Below are positions 20,823-30,209 of a stretch of DNA of 64,000 bases, piece after piece. Under the pieces are notes generated by a model. The model did not search any database and was not told the DNA's origin. It worked only from the letters and a program-made list of their open reading frames with translations. The stretch is from contig JAGYIV010000012.1 in assembly GCA_018402345.1 (NCBI GenBank), forward strand, positions 309,813-373,812, in the 5' to 3' direction. Positions within the stretch are counted from its first letter, which is position 1. The number at the start of each line of letters is the position of its first letter. The translations under genes were made by a program, and so were the position numbers. This DNA is from Terrimicrobiaceae bacterium (GTDB taxonomy: Bacteria; Verrucomicrobiota; Verrucomicrobiia; Chthoniobacterales; Terrimicrobiaceae).

Positions 20823-22152
20823 TCAGGAAGGCAACGGGGTTTCGCCTTGGATGAGGTCTTCGAGGGTTTGGCGGGAGCGGGCGAGGTGGATGGTCGAGCC
20901 GTCGATGAGAATCTCCGGGAGCATCGGGCGGGAATTATAATTCGAGGACATGACGAAACCGTAGGCTCCTGAGCTGAGGATGGCGATGCGGTCGTCGGGG
21001 TGGAGTTCAGGGATGTCGCGGTCCTGGGCGAAGAAGTCGCCGCTTTCGCAGACCGGTCCGACGATGTCCATTTTGAGCGGGGCGGTGCCTTTGTTCTTAA
21101 GCGGAACGATCTCGTGCCAACCTTCGTAGAGGGCAGGTCGGATGAGGTCGTTCATCGCAGCGTCCACGATGGTGAATGTTTTTGCGGGTGTGTGTTTGAC
21201 GTATTGGACGGTCGACAGGAGGGCGCCCGCGTTGCCGACGAGAAAGCGGCCCGGTTCGAAGAGGATGCGGAGGCCGAGGGGCTTGAGTGCTGGAATGATG
21301 GCGGCGGCGTAGTCCTCCGGGGTGATGCGGCGTGCGGTGCCGGATTGTTCCCACCAATCCTTGGAACCGCTTGCGAGCGCGTCGTCGTAGACGATGCCGA
21401 TGCCGCCGCCGAAGTCGAAGAATTCGATGTCATGGCGGGTTTTTAGGACCGAGGCGAGTTCCGCGAGTTTTGCCGCCGCCTCGGCAAAGGGACCCGACTC
21501 GAGAATTTGGGAGCCGATGTGGGTTTGGACACCGCGGATGTGGATGTGCGGGAGAGTCGCCGCGGCCTCGTAGACCTCGAGGGCGCGGTCAATGCCGATA
21601 CCGAACTTGTTTTTGCTTTTTCCCGTCGAGATGAACTTGTGCGTCTTGGCATCGACATCCGGATTCACGCGGATGGCGATCGGGGCCTTGATGCGGAGCG
21701 AACCGGCGACATCGTTGATGCGGGCGAGTTCGCCTTCGCTTTCGACATTGAACGAGTAGACGCCCTCACGGAGTGCGTAGACTATTTCGTCGCGGGTCTT
21801 GCCGACGCCCGCGAAGGTGCATTTGTCCGGCCCTGCCGCCCGCCTTGAGGACACGAAAGAGTTCGCCGCCCGAGACGATATCGAAGCCCGATCCCATGCG
21901 CGCAAGGAGGCTGAGAACGGCGAGGTTCGAGTTCGCCTTCACGGCATAGCAGATGAGGTGGTCGAGGGGTTCGAGGGCGGAATCGAGGCGGTGGAAGTTC
22001 GTGCGGATTGTGCCGGCCGAGTAAACGTAGGCTGGCGTGCCAAAGCGGTTGGCGATTTCGTTCAGGTCCACATCCTCGCAGCGCAAGGATCCATCGACAT
22101 AGGAAAAGGAATGCACGGCGGGGAAAATGGGGAGGATTCGCGGCGGTGTCAA
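20823..22152 (-). pseudogene. lysA: Diaminopimelate decarboxylase, split by one frame change near 21835
   Basis: ORF 21766-22152 encodes the N-terminus (GTPAYVYS...YAVKANSNLAVL...DIVSGGELFRVLKAGG). ORF 20823-21905 continues in another frame with PDKCTFAGVGKTRDEI...GGGIGIVY...CESGD. The start may be TTG 22152 or GTG 22116. Confidence 0.85.
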
Positions 22153-22165
22153 TCGGGCGCGCGGA

Positions 22166-22732
22166 TCAGCGCGTGTCGAGGAGTGCGCGATTTTTCACCA
22201 GATAGGTGATCCCAGAATACACTGAGAGGAGCACGGTGATCGGAACGAGGACGAACTGGCCGGCGGCCCAGGCGTCAGGGAGCCATGCGGGGACGCTGTG
22301 TTCGCGGATCGCGAGGAGCAGGAGAAAATACAGGATGGTGGCGATCTGCCATGAGGTCTTGTGTTTTCCGAGTCGCTCGGCCGGTAGGACGACTCCCTTC
22401 GAGGCAGCCAGCGAGCGGAGTCCGGTGATAAGGAATTCGCGGCTGATGATGACGATCACCGCCCATGGGGGAATTGCATGGATGGAGGAGAGGCTGATGA
22501 ATGCGGCTGCGGTGAGGATTTTGTCGGCAAGGGGGTCCATGAGCTTGCCGAAGTCGGTAATTAGATTGTGGCGGCGCGCGATGACGCCATCCAGCCAATC
22601 GGTGACAGCGGCCAGCACGAAAACAAGAAATGCCGTGGTGAAGCGGAGGGGGAAGTCGATTGAGAAGCAGAGGACAAAAACCGCCGATAGCGCCAGGCGG
22701 GCGATGGTCAAGCGGTTTGGCAGGTTCATCAA
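22166..22732 (-). CDS. pgsA: CDP-diacylglycerol--glycerol-3-phosphate 3-phosphatidyltransferase
   Basis: 188-aa ORF with the CDP-alcohol phosphatidyltransferase motif DWLDGVIARR...GKLMDPLADK and multiple TM helices. Confidence 0.85.
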   Translation of the reverse strand: MMNLPNRLTIARLALSAVFVLCFSIDFPLRFTTAFLVFVLAAVTDWLDGVIARRHNLITDFGKLMDPLADKILTAAAFISLSSIHAIPPWAVIVIISREFLITGLRSLAASKGVVLPAERLGKHKTSWQIATILYFLLLLAIREHSVPAWLPDAWAAGQFVLVPITVLLSVYSGITYLVKNRALLDTR

Positions 22733-22756
22733 GCGTCGGGATTTAGCCTCTGGCGG

Positions 22757-23302
22757 TCAGGCGGTATCATGGGAGCGGCTCTGAAGGGAAGTGTGGGCGC
22801 GCGCAACGGCGATGTATTTGTCCGCGCTGTCGCGCAGGGAGCGGAGTTCGGCATCGGTGAGTGGGCGGACGACTTTCGCCGGGGAGCCGATGACCAGCGA
22901 GCGCGGGGGGATTTTTGAGCGACCGGTGACGAGGGTTCCGGCACCGATGAGGCATTCGTCGCCGATTTCCGCGCCGTCGAGGATCACCGCGCGCATCCCG
23001 ACAAGGCAGAGGTCGCCGATGGTGCAAGCGTGCACGATCGCCGCGTGTCCGATGGTGCAAAACGCACCGACGCGGGCAGGCAGGTCATCGGCAAGGTGCA
23101 CAATGGCGCCGTCCTGCACGTTTGTTCCCTCGCCGATGTGGATCGACTCGATGTCGCCCCGGAGAACGGCGTGGTAGAACACGCTGGAGTCCTTGCCGAG
23201 GCGCACATCCCCCGTGAGGGAGGCCGAATTGGCTACGAAGGCCGCCTGGCGGGTCTCCGGTGTTTTGGACAGGAATTTGGCGAGGCGGTCTTCGACGGTC
23301 AT
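22757..23302 (-). CDS. Gamma-carbonic-anhydrase-like left-handed beta-helix protein
   Basis: Trimmed to ATG 23302 (MTVEDRL). Hexapeptide repeats (IHIGEGTNVQDGAIVH, IGHAAIVH, VGMRAVILDGAEIG). Confidence 0.8.
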   Translation of the reverse strand: MTVEDRLAKFLSKTPETRQAAFVANSASLTGDVRLGKDSSVFYHAVLRGDIESIHIGEGTNVQDGAIVHLADDLPARVGAFCTIGHAAIVHACTIGDLCLVGMRAVILDGAEIGDECLIGAGTLVTGRSKIPPRSLVIGSPAKVVRPLTDAELRSLRDSADKYIAVARAHTSLQSRSHDTA

Positions 23303-23318
23303 TTGGCGGTGCGGTGGT

Positions 23319-23693
23319 CTAAATGAGCGACCGCTTCCGCTTCGCTTCGGCTTTGAGTTGGCTTTCGGCTTCGACCCAGTCGGAATGCTCGTCGCCGCCC
23401 CAACCCATCGAGCGTCTGCGCTCGGCGATGTAGTAAGCGCGAAGGGCGACGTCATCCGTGGTGATGACGATTTCGGCGGCGGAAGACTCTTTCGGAGCTT
23501 TTGCCTTGGCGGGTGCCATAGGTGTTTTTTTGGCCGGAGCTTTTACGGTTGTTGGTTTCCGTTTCACAGTGGGGGCTGCCTTGTCAGCCGCTTTAGCGGC
23601 GGTTTTTTTGGCCGGTTTTGAGGCCTTGGCTGCCTTTGCAAGGCCAGAGGACGCCTTGGTAGGCTGCGTTTTTGGTTTTTGTTTCGCAGGCAT
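23319..23693 (-). CDS. DUF2934 protein with Lys/Ala/Pro-rich N-terminal tail
   Basis: Trimmed to ATG 23693 (MPAKQKPK). The tail carries AKKTAAKAADKAAP and KAPAKKTPMAPAKAKAPK. The C-terminus (RAYYIAERRRSMGWGGDEHSDWVEAE) matches the recalled DUF2934 pattern. Confidence 0.65.
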   Translation of the reverse strand: MPAKQKPKTQPTKASSGLAKAAKASKPAKKTAAKAADKAAPTVKRKPTTVKAPAKKTPMAPAKAKAPKESSAAEIVITTDDVALRAYYIAERRRSMGWGGDEHSDWVEAESQLKAEAKRKRSLI

Positions 23694-23773
23694 ACAAGTG
23701 AAGTTTTGAAACCCCTGCGCGGCATTTGCAAAATAATTCTTCAAAAAAAACAGACACTCATTACGTTGCATCC

Positions 23774-24184
23774 ATGGGCGCTTTTTTCATCCGTTGGATG
23801 GTTATTACCGTGGCGGTTTTTGCCGCCGAGAAGTTGATTCCTGGGATTCACTGCGGCTCGTTGGGCGCCCTACTCGGGGCATCGTTGCTGTTGGGGATCA
23901 TCAACGCCTTTGTGCGCCCGGTGCTGTTGTTGCTGAGCATCCCGTTCATCTTGGTGACGATGGGCCTGTTTATTTTCGTGATCAACGCGCTGCTGTTGCT
24001 GTTCGTTTCGATGATGATTCCTGCCTTTGAGGTAGACGGGTTCTGGAGCGCGTTTTTCGGTGCGATGGTGATCGGGATCGTGAACTGGGTGTTGAGTTCG
24101 TTCTTCCGCTCCAGCGACGGGAAATACCATGCGATCACGCATCATCCCTCGATCAAGCAGGCCAACGCGCGAGTCGTGGAGTGA
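23774..24184 (+). CDS. Phage_holin_4_2 / DUF360 family membrane protein
   Basis: Trimmed to ATG 23774 (MGAFFIRW). Four TM helices and the conserved NAFVRPVLLLLSIPF and VDGFWSAFFGA stretches. Confidence 0.75.
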   Translation: MGAFFIRWMVITVAVFAAEKLIPGIHCGSLGALLGASLLLGIINAFVRPVLLLLSIPFILVTMGLFIFVINALLLLFVSMMIPAFEVDGFWSAFFGAMVIGIVNWVLSSFFRSSDGKYHAITHHPSIKQANARVVE

Positions 24185-24846
24185 CGGAACGGCCTGTGGG
24201 GTTGTTTGACACATGCGGGGTGGGGGTGAAGGTTTGCGGGATCACGCGTCCCGAGGATGCCCGGTCTTGCGTGCGGGCTGGAGTGGATGCGCTCGGGTTC
24301 AATTTTTTTCCTGGTTCGAAGCGGTCTATGGCGCCGGAGGCGGCGTTCGAGTGGATACGCGGGTTCGAGGGGGAGGTCGAGCGGGTGGCGGTGGTGGTGA
24401 ATGCTTCGCCGGAGTTGCTGCGGTTGTTGATCGGCTCCGGGTGTTTCGAGGCGATCCAGTTTCACGGCGACGAGTCCTCCGGGGATTGCGCGGCATCCGG
24501 TGCAATCCGCTGGATCAAGGCACTCCGAGTAAAGGCAGGCGATTCGCTGGAAACGCCCGGTCTGTATGACACAGCGCACCTTCTGATCGATGCGTGGTCA
24601 CCCGTGGAATACGGCGGAACAGGACTTGAAGCCGATCGCGGAGTCGCTCGGGCGGTCGTGGAGAGATTTCCCGAAAAGCGATTCGCCCTTGCCGGCGGGT
24701 TGACTCCGGACAATGTGGCCGAGGCGGTGCGTGTGGTTCGTCCCGCGGCGGTGGATGTGGCTGGCGGGGTGGAATCGGCGCCCGGCATCAAGGATGCGCG
24801 GCTTGTGTCGGCGTTCGTCGAAGCCGTGCGTGGCGCTCAGGGCTGA
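24181..24846 (+). CDS. trpF: Phosphoribosylanthranilate isomerase
   Basis: VKVCGITRPEDA, DALGFNFFPGSKR and AIQFHGDES motifs. GTG 24181 overlaps the upstream stop (GTGA). Later GTG starts at 24220 or 24226 are also possible. Confidence 0.85.
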   Translation: MTERPVGLFDTCGVGVKVCGITRPEDARSCVRAGVDALGFNFFPGSKRSMAPEAAFEWIRGFEGEVERVAVVVNASPELLRLLIGSGCFEAIQFHGDESSGDCAASGAIRWIKALRVKAGDSLETPGLYDTAHLLIDAWSPVEYGGTGLEADRGVARAVVERFPEKRFALAGGLTPDNVAEAVRVVRPAAVDVAGGVESAPGIKDARLVSAFVEAVRGAQG

Positions 24847-25001
24847 GTCGAACTCTCGGGCGACTGGGAGACGGCTACTGGAAGCGTGACGGGAGGCGGC
24901 GGGGGCGAGATGATCGACCAGCCGATCAATGCGGTCCATGCGGCGATGATTGTTGCGGCGAGCCAGGGGATCGGGGATGTGGATTTCGCGGGGTTGATCA
25001 C
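24837..25001 (-). CDS. Possible 54-aa single-TM protein translationally coupled to plsC
   Basis: GTG 25001-24999 overlaps the plsC TGA (GTGA). It would encode VINPAKSTSPIPWLAATIIAAWTALIGWSIISPPPPPVTLPVAVSQSPESSTQP. No homology recognised. Confidence 0.3.
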   Translation of the reverse strand: MINPAKSTSPIPWLAATIIAAWTALIGWSIISPPPPPVTLPVAVSQSPESSTQP

Positions 25002-25612
25002 GGGAGCGACAAGGCGGCGATGCGCTGCATGACTTTGTTGCTGAGGAGTTGGTAATTTTCCCGCGAGGGATTCTCGAGTTCCTCGCGGGTGAAGTGGAGC
25101 GGTTCGCCGAGGACGACGGTGATGGAGGAGAATTGGAACCGCTTCGCGTTTTTCGGATATGACTCGTAGGCCCCGAAGATGCGCATTGGCAGGACCGGCG
25201 CGCCGGTTTTCGCGATGACGAGACCGATGCCCGCGCGGGCGGGTTGTAGCCTGCCGTCCGGCGAGCGCGTTCCCTCGGGAAAGAGAACGACTCCGTTGCC
25301 TTCCTTGATTTTTTTGATGACTTCTCGAAGGGCGGTCATGTCGTTGCCATCGCGCTCCACGGGGATGACATTCATCGCCGGAAAGAGGGGGCCGAAGAAT
25401 GGCCACTTGAGGAGTGTCTTTCGAGCGAGGTAGTAAACGCCGCGGCGGCTGCAGATGCCAGCCAGCGGGGGGTCGAAGAAGCTCGAGTGGTTGACCGCGA
25501 TGATGAGCGGTCCGGACTCCGGCATGCGCTCGGGGTGAACGATGCGGAGGCCGAAAAACACGCGTGCGAGGAGCTTCGAGAGCGTGTGGAAAATGTTGTA
25601 GACGATCGTCAT
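24998..25612 (-). CDS. plsC: 1-acyl-sn-glycerol-3-phosphate acyltransferase
   Basis: 204-aa ORF with the acyltransferase motifs NHSSFFD and FPEGTRS. Confidence 0.85.
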   Translation of the reverse strand: MTIVYNIFHTLSKLLARVFFGLRIVHPERMPESGPLIIAVNHSSFFDPPLAGICSRRGVYYLARKTLLKWPFFGPLFPAMNVIPVERDGNDMTALREVIKKIKEGNGVVLFPEGTRSPDGRLQPARAGIGLVIAKTGAPVLPMRIFGAYESYPKNAKRFQFSSITVVLGEPLHFTREELENPSRENYQLLSNKVMQRIAALSLP

Positions 25613-26256
25613 TTCCTGTCCGCGGAGCTGGTTGTCAGAAGGCGGAGGATTTCATCCACCACGCCATCGAGCGTGAGGGCGGAGGTGTCGATGACGCGGG
25701 CATCACTGGCAATGGAAAGCGGGGCGATGGCGCGTGTCGAGTCGAGGTGGTCGCGGTTTTCGATGCTGTCCTCGAGTCCCTGGGCCGCCCGGCGCTGGCG
25801 GCGGATTTCCGGCGAGGCGTCGAGGTAGAATTTGTGAGGGGTGTCGGGGAAAACCGCCGTGCCGATGTCGCGGCCCTCCATGACGACGTCGCGTTCCGAG
25901 GCAAAGCCGCGCAGGAGTGAGGTAATGAGCGAGCGGACGGCGGGAACGGTGGCCACTTTCGAGACGGCGGCATTCACTTCGCTTTCATGGGATACGAAAT
26001 CCGGCAATTGGTTGTCGATACGGAGGGCGGGTTGGCCCTTCGGTCCCACTGCGAGGTCGGCTTGCAAGCCGTTCATGGCGGATTCGATGGCGGCGGGGTT
26101 CGCGGGATCGATGCCGCTTTGGAGGATGTGCCAGGTGAGGGCGCGGTAGAGTGCGCCGGAGTTGACGCACACGCAGGAGAGTTTGCCCGAGAGTTTGCTG
26201 GCCACGCTGCTTTTGCCCGAGGCGGCGGGTCCGTCGATGGCAACAATCATGCTCAT
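25609..26256 (-). CDS. cmk: Cytidylate kinase
   Basis: 215-aa ORF with P-loop IDGPAASGKSS and the SGALYRA motif. ATGA overlaps on both sides (aroA, plsC). Confidence 0.9.
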   Translation of the reverse strand: MSMIVAIDGPAASGKSSVASKLSGKLSCVCVNSGALYRALTWHILQSGIDPANPAAIESAMNGLQADLAVGPKGQPALRIDNQLPDFVSHESEVNAAVSKVATVPAVRSLITSLLRGFASERDVVMEGRDIGTAVFPDTPHKFYLDASPEIRRQRRAAQGLEDSIENRDHLDSTRAIAPLSIASDARVIDTSALTLDGVVDEILRLLTTSSADRK

Positions 26257-27669
26257 GCGTTTGCCGGGTTGGGTTTGAATTGGGAAAGCATGCGGGTGCG
26301 GTGTTTGATGCGCTCGCCATTTTGGATGCGGCGGAGGGTGTCGGCGAAGCCCGGATAGGAGGTGTTCACGCAGGCGGTGTCTTCGATCACGGTTTCGCCC
26401 GAGGCAAAGAGACCCGCGATGGCGAAGGCCATGGCAATGCGATGGTCGCCGAAGCTCGGGAGGCGCGCGCCTTTGAGCGTGGTGCCTCCGGTGATCGCCA
26501 TGCCGTCCGGAAATTCCTCCACGGCGACTCCCATGGCGCGGAGGTTCGAGGCTACGGCGGCGATGCGGTCGGTTTCCTTGACGCGAAGTTCGGCGGCGTC
26601 GCGGATGACCGTGGTGCCCTTGGCGAGTGCTGCGGCGACGGCGATGATCGGAATCTCGTCGATGACGTTCGGGATTTCCGCGCCTTGGATTTCAGTGCCG
26701 TGGAGCGTAGTGCCCTTGACGTCGATGTTGCCGGCGGGTTCGCCGTTCATCGATGTCTCGATGATTTCGCGGATGCGGGCGCCCATGCGGATGAGGACAT
26801 CGATGATGCCCGTGCGGGTGGCGTTGAGCCCGACGTCGGTAACGAGGAGACGCGAGCCCGGTTGTGCGGCGGCGGCCGCCATCCAGAATGCCGCGCTGGA
26901 GATGTCGCCCGGAACGGTGAAGTCCATGGACTCGGGGATTTGGCCCCCGTGGAGCGTGGTGCGGATTTCGACCAAGGCGGCGGTCCTTTGGGGAGTCCTT
27001 GTGATCCCAGACCTCCTCACGGCGGGATTTGATGAGGAAGTAATCGAGCATGCGCTCGGTGTGGTCACGGGATTTGACGGTCTCGATGACAGTGGTGTCG
27101 CCTTGGGAGAAGAGTCCCGCGAGGAGGACGGCGCTTTTGACCTGGGCACTGGCCACGGGGAGTTTGTAGGTGATGCCTTGGAGCGAGTTGGAGCCTTCGA
27201 TACGAAGTGGGGGGCAGGATTTTTCGCCCTCGGCGGAGATGTCCGCGCCCATGAGGCGCAGGGGGTCGATGACGCGTTGCATCGGGCGCTTGGACAGCGA
27301 TGGGTCGCCGGTGAGTCGGGAGGTGAAGGGTTGTGCCGCAAGGATGCCCGAGAGCAGACGCATCGTAGTGCCCGAGTTGCCGCAATCGATGTCCCCGAAG
27401 GGTTTGGTGAAGCGTCCGGCGGTGCCTTCCACGACAAGCGTGCCGGGCTCCGGCGATTCGATGTGGACCCCGAGTTGGCGCATCGCTTGGGCGGTGCTGC
27501 GGCAGTCCTCGCCCTCAAGGAAATTGCGGATCACGCAGGGACCGTTCGACAGAGAGGCGAGAAGGACCGCGCGGTGGGAAATGCTTTTGTCCGGCGGCAC
27601 GGAGATTTCCGTGTCAATGAGTGGTGCGAGGTGCGAGGCGAGGGTGGTTTTTTCTTCCTTGGAAAACAT
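26253..27669 (-). pseudogene. aroA: 3-phosphoshikimate 1-carboxyvinyltransferase (EPSP synthase), split by one frame change near 26975
   Basis: ORF 26692-27669 carries the N-terminal half (PPDKSISHRAVLLASL, DCGNSGTTMRLL, DHTERML). ORF 26253-27518 carries the C-terminal half in another frame (VPGDISSAAFW, ELRVKETDRI, DHRIAMAFAIAG). Confidence 0.9.
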
Positions 27670-27675
27670 GGTGGA

Positions 27676-28551
27676 TCAAAGAGGCGTCCGGGAGCGGAGT
27701 GTTGCTGCTTCGGAGAGGAACTGTTCAACGGCTGCCCTGTCGTTTTGCTCGAGGGCGAGTGTCAGGATCTGCAATTCTTTTTGCAAGTCGCGGATACCGG
27801 TCAGCATGCTCTCGCGGTTGTCGAGAAGGATTTCGGCCCACATGGGAGCGGGGCCCCCGGCGATGCGGGTCGAATCGCGGAAGCCGCCGCCGGAGAGTTC
27901 GACGAGGGACGGGTCGGCGGAGATGGCGGCGCGCACAAGAGCGGCGGCGGCGGCGTGAGGCAGGTGGCTAACGCGGGCGAGTGCGGCGTCGTGGGCGGCG
28001 GGGGGCATCTCGCGAAGGATGCACCCAGCGGCGCTCCAAACCTCGCGGGCAAGGTCGAGGGCGCGCTTGCCGGTGATTGGGGTCGGGGTGAGAAGGCAGA
28101 GTGCGCCCGAGTAAAGGTCGTGACGGGCTGCGCGGAGTCCGTGCTGCTCGGATCCCGCCATGGGATGCGCTCCGGCGAAGCGGTCTCCGAAGACCGCCTC
28201 CATGGAGGCGACGATGCGTGCTTTGACGCTGCCCGCATCGGTGACAACGGCGGCCGCAGGAAGAAGCGAAGCGAGGCTTTTGGCGGATGCCTCGATGGCG
28301 TGCGGGGACATGCAGAGCACGGCGATGTCGCAGCGTGACACGGCCTCCTCGAGGTTCGGGGTGGCATGGCACCCGGCCAGGATGGATTGCGCCTCGAGGG
28401 CCGCATCATGTCGACGAGCCCACACGGAGACATGAAAGCGCTCCTGTTGGCGGGACAGGGCCATGGCAAGCGAGCCTCCGATGAGGCCGGGACCGAGAAT
28501 GGCAACCCTCAGGCTCAGGGCACGAGAAAGATCTTGCCCGAGTAGGGGCAT
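27676..28551 (-). CDS. tyrA: Prephenate dehydrogenase
   Basis: 291-aa ORF with Rossmann motif VAILGPGLIGGSLA and the GAHPMAG motif. The only start in frame is ATG 28551, which overlaps the upstream lipoprotein gene by 37 nt. Confidence 0.8.
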   Translation of the reverse strand: MPLLGQDLSRALSLRVAILGPGLIGGSLAMALSRQQERFHVSVWARRHDAALEAQSILAGCHATPNLEEAVSRCDIAVLCMSPHAIEASAKSLASLLPAAAVVTDAGSVKARIVASMEAVFGDRFAGAHPMAGSEQHGLRAARHDLYSGALCLLTPTPITGKRALDLAREVWSAAGCILREMPPAAHDAALARVSHLPHAAAAALVRAAISADPSLVELSGGGFRDSTRIAGGPAPMWAEILLDNRESMLTGIRDLQKELQILTLALEQNDRAAVEQFLSEAATLRSRTPL

Positions 28552-28919
28552 TTCACTTCGGTGCCGGGAGGGAATCCGCGCACGTCGACATAACCGGCAT
28601 ACGGGGAGTGGGGGCTCGTGACGAAGCCCATTTTTCCGGGAACGGGAGTGCCGTAGGCGTAATCGCGCGAGGCGGGTGGCGCGGGAGGTGCAAATGGTGT
28701 GGGGGTGGGAGTCGGAGGGGCGAATTCCTGCATCGCCTCGCCGTCCTCGGTGTAGCCTTCCGGCGTCGGCGTGGGGGTGGCGAATTGGGTTGTGGAGGAC
28801 ATGTGGGACCCGCGGTATCCGAAGCGGTTAGACTGGGGACGGGGATTGTTCGTCTCACAGGCGGCGAGAGCCAGAACGGCTCCGGCAGCCCCCAGCACGA
28901 TGAAGGAAGATTTTTTCAT
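28515..28919 (-). CDS. Hypothetical lipoprotein
   Basis: Trimmed to ATG 28919 (MKKSSFIVLGAAGAVLALAAC lipobox). Pro/Thr-rich middle region. C-terminus GYVDVRGFPPGTEVKCPYSGKIFLVP. No family recognised. Confidence 0.6.
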   Translation of the reverse strand: MKKSSFIVLGAAGAVLALAACETNNPRPQSNRFGYRGSHMSSTTQFATPTPTPEGYTEDGEAMQEFAPPTPTPTPFAPPAPPASRDYAYGTPVPGKMGFVTSPHSPYAGYVDVRGFPPGTEVKCPYSGKIFLVP

Positions 28920-28997
28920 AGGCAACAAGCGGGTCATAACAAGACACGGAAGGATGGGAGGTTCAATGCAAAACTAAGTCGGGGAATCAATCCGTGT

Positions 28998-30209
28998 TCA
29001 GGAAGGTGAAAGATTGTCCGATGCCTGGCGAAGGTGATCGAGGGATGCGGGCTTGTCCCAGAAGTAGCGTTTGAGGAGGACCTTGATGGTGGCTGTGAGC
29101 GGCACGGCGAGGATGGCGCCGAGGAGGCCGCCGAGAATGAGGCTCCATGCCAGCACGGACAGGATGACGGTGAGGGGATGCAAGCCGACCGACTCGCCCA
29201 CGATTTTCGGGGAGATGAAGATGCCGTCGATGTTGTTTGCCAAAATGAATATGGCTGTGACGATCAGCGGGTGTAGCCAGTCCCCGAACTGCGCCGCCGC
29301 GATAATAACAGCGGGGATATAGCAAATCATCATACCCAGATAGGGGATGAGGCCGAGAAACCCGACCATGATGCCGATAAGAATAGCGAAATCGAGGCCC
29401 AGGGCGAGCAGGGCGACGGCGATGAGGAGGCCATCGATCATGCTGACGAGGAGTTGGCCGCGGAAGAAGTTGATGAGGTAGGAATTGATCTCGCTGACGA
29501 GGGCGACGATCTCGTTTTTCAGCGGGGAGGCGCGGAGTGGTAGGTAGTTCGACCAGTTGCCCGAGATGGAAGGGCTGTCCCGGAGGAAGAAAAAAAGAAA
29601 AATCGGGACAAGCACGAGGCTGAGGAGGAGACCGAACACGCCGAGGAACCCGCCGAAGCTACGTTGAATGAAGCGGCCGGACTCGAGGGCGAGGTCCGGG
29701 ATTTTTTGTTGAACCCACGCGCCGGCGTCATCGATAGCGGTGGCGATGATTGTCGAAAAGCGGTCGTTTGCAGAACTCTCGTCATCCGCAGTCGGGCGCA
29801 GGAAGTCGAGTTGCGAAAAGCGTTGGAAATTTTCCATGGTGCGGATGGCCATGGCTTCGGATTTTTCCAGATAGGCGGGGAAGTTGTTCACTAATGTCAC
29901 GCCCTGGCGGTAGGCTGGCGGGGCAATGTAGACAACGAGCCCCACGAAGAAGGCGGAAAATGCGATATAAACGAGGAGGATGCTGACCAGTCGGCTCAAT
30001 TTAAGGCGCATGAAGAATTGGACGACTGGTTCCAGAAGGAATGCGAGAATCGCGGCCACGGAGACGGGAATGAGAACCGGTTGGAGAAACGAGATCGCCC
30101 GCACGACCAGCGATCCCGCCAGGGCGATTGCGGCGCCGAGCGCAAGGAACGACAGGGCGGTGATGGCCGCCCAGAGGATTTTGTTTTGAAATGGGGTCGG
30201 GTGCTTCAA
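28998..30209 (-). CDS. AI-2E family (PerM/UPF0118) transporter
   Basis: 403-aa ORF with about 8 TM helices and an overall pattern typical of the AI-2E family. The TTG start overlaps the parA stop (TTGA), and no in-frame ATG is available downstream. Confidence 0.85.
   Translation of the reverse strand: MKHPTPFQNKILWAAITALSFLALGAAIALAGSLVVRAISFLQPVLIPVSVAAILAFLLEPVVQFFMRLKLSRLVSILLVYIAFSAFFVGLVVYIAPPAYRQGVTLVNNFPAYLEKSEAMAIRTMENFQRFSQLDFLRPTADDESSANDRFSTIIATAIDDAGAWVQQKIPDLALESGRFIQRSFGGFLGVFGLLLSLVLVPIFLFFFLRDSPSISGNWSNYLPLRASPLKNEIVALVSEINSYLINFFRGQLLVSMIDGLLIAVALLALGLDFAILIGIMVGFLGLIPYLGMMICYIPAVIIAAAQFGDWLHPLIVTAIFILANNIDGIFISPKIVGESVGLHPLTVILSVLAWSLILGGLLGAILAVPLTATIKVLLKRYFWDKPASLDHLRQASDNLSPS

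Noticed and set aside
20823-22152. Treating ORFs 20823-21905 and 21766-22152 as two independent genes. The same question arises for the aroA, menD and RND fragment pairs.
   Set aside because: Each pair encodes consecutive halves of one well-known single-chain enzyme, and the sequence continues directly across the frame change.
26362-28338. 658-aa plus-strand ORF, the longest ORF in this region
   Set aside because: It lies entirely antisense to aroA and tyrA, which carry clear family motifs. Its Arg/Gly/Ala-rich composition is typical of spurious antisense frames in GC-rich DNA.
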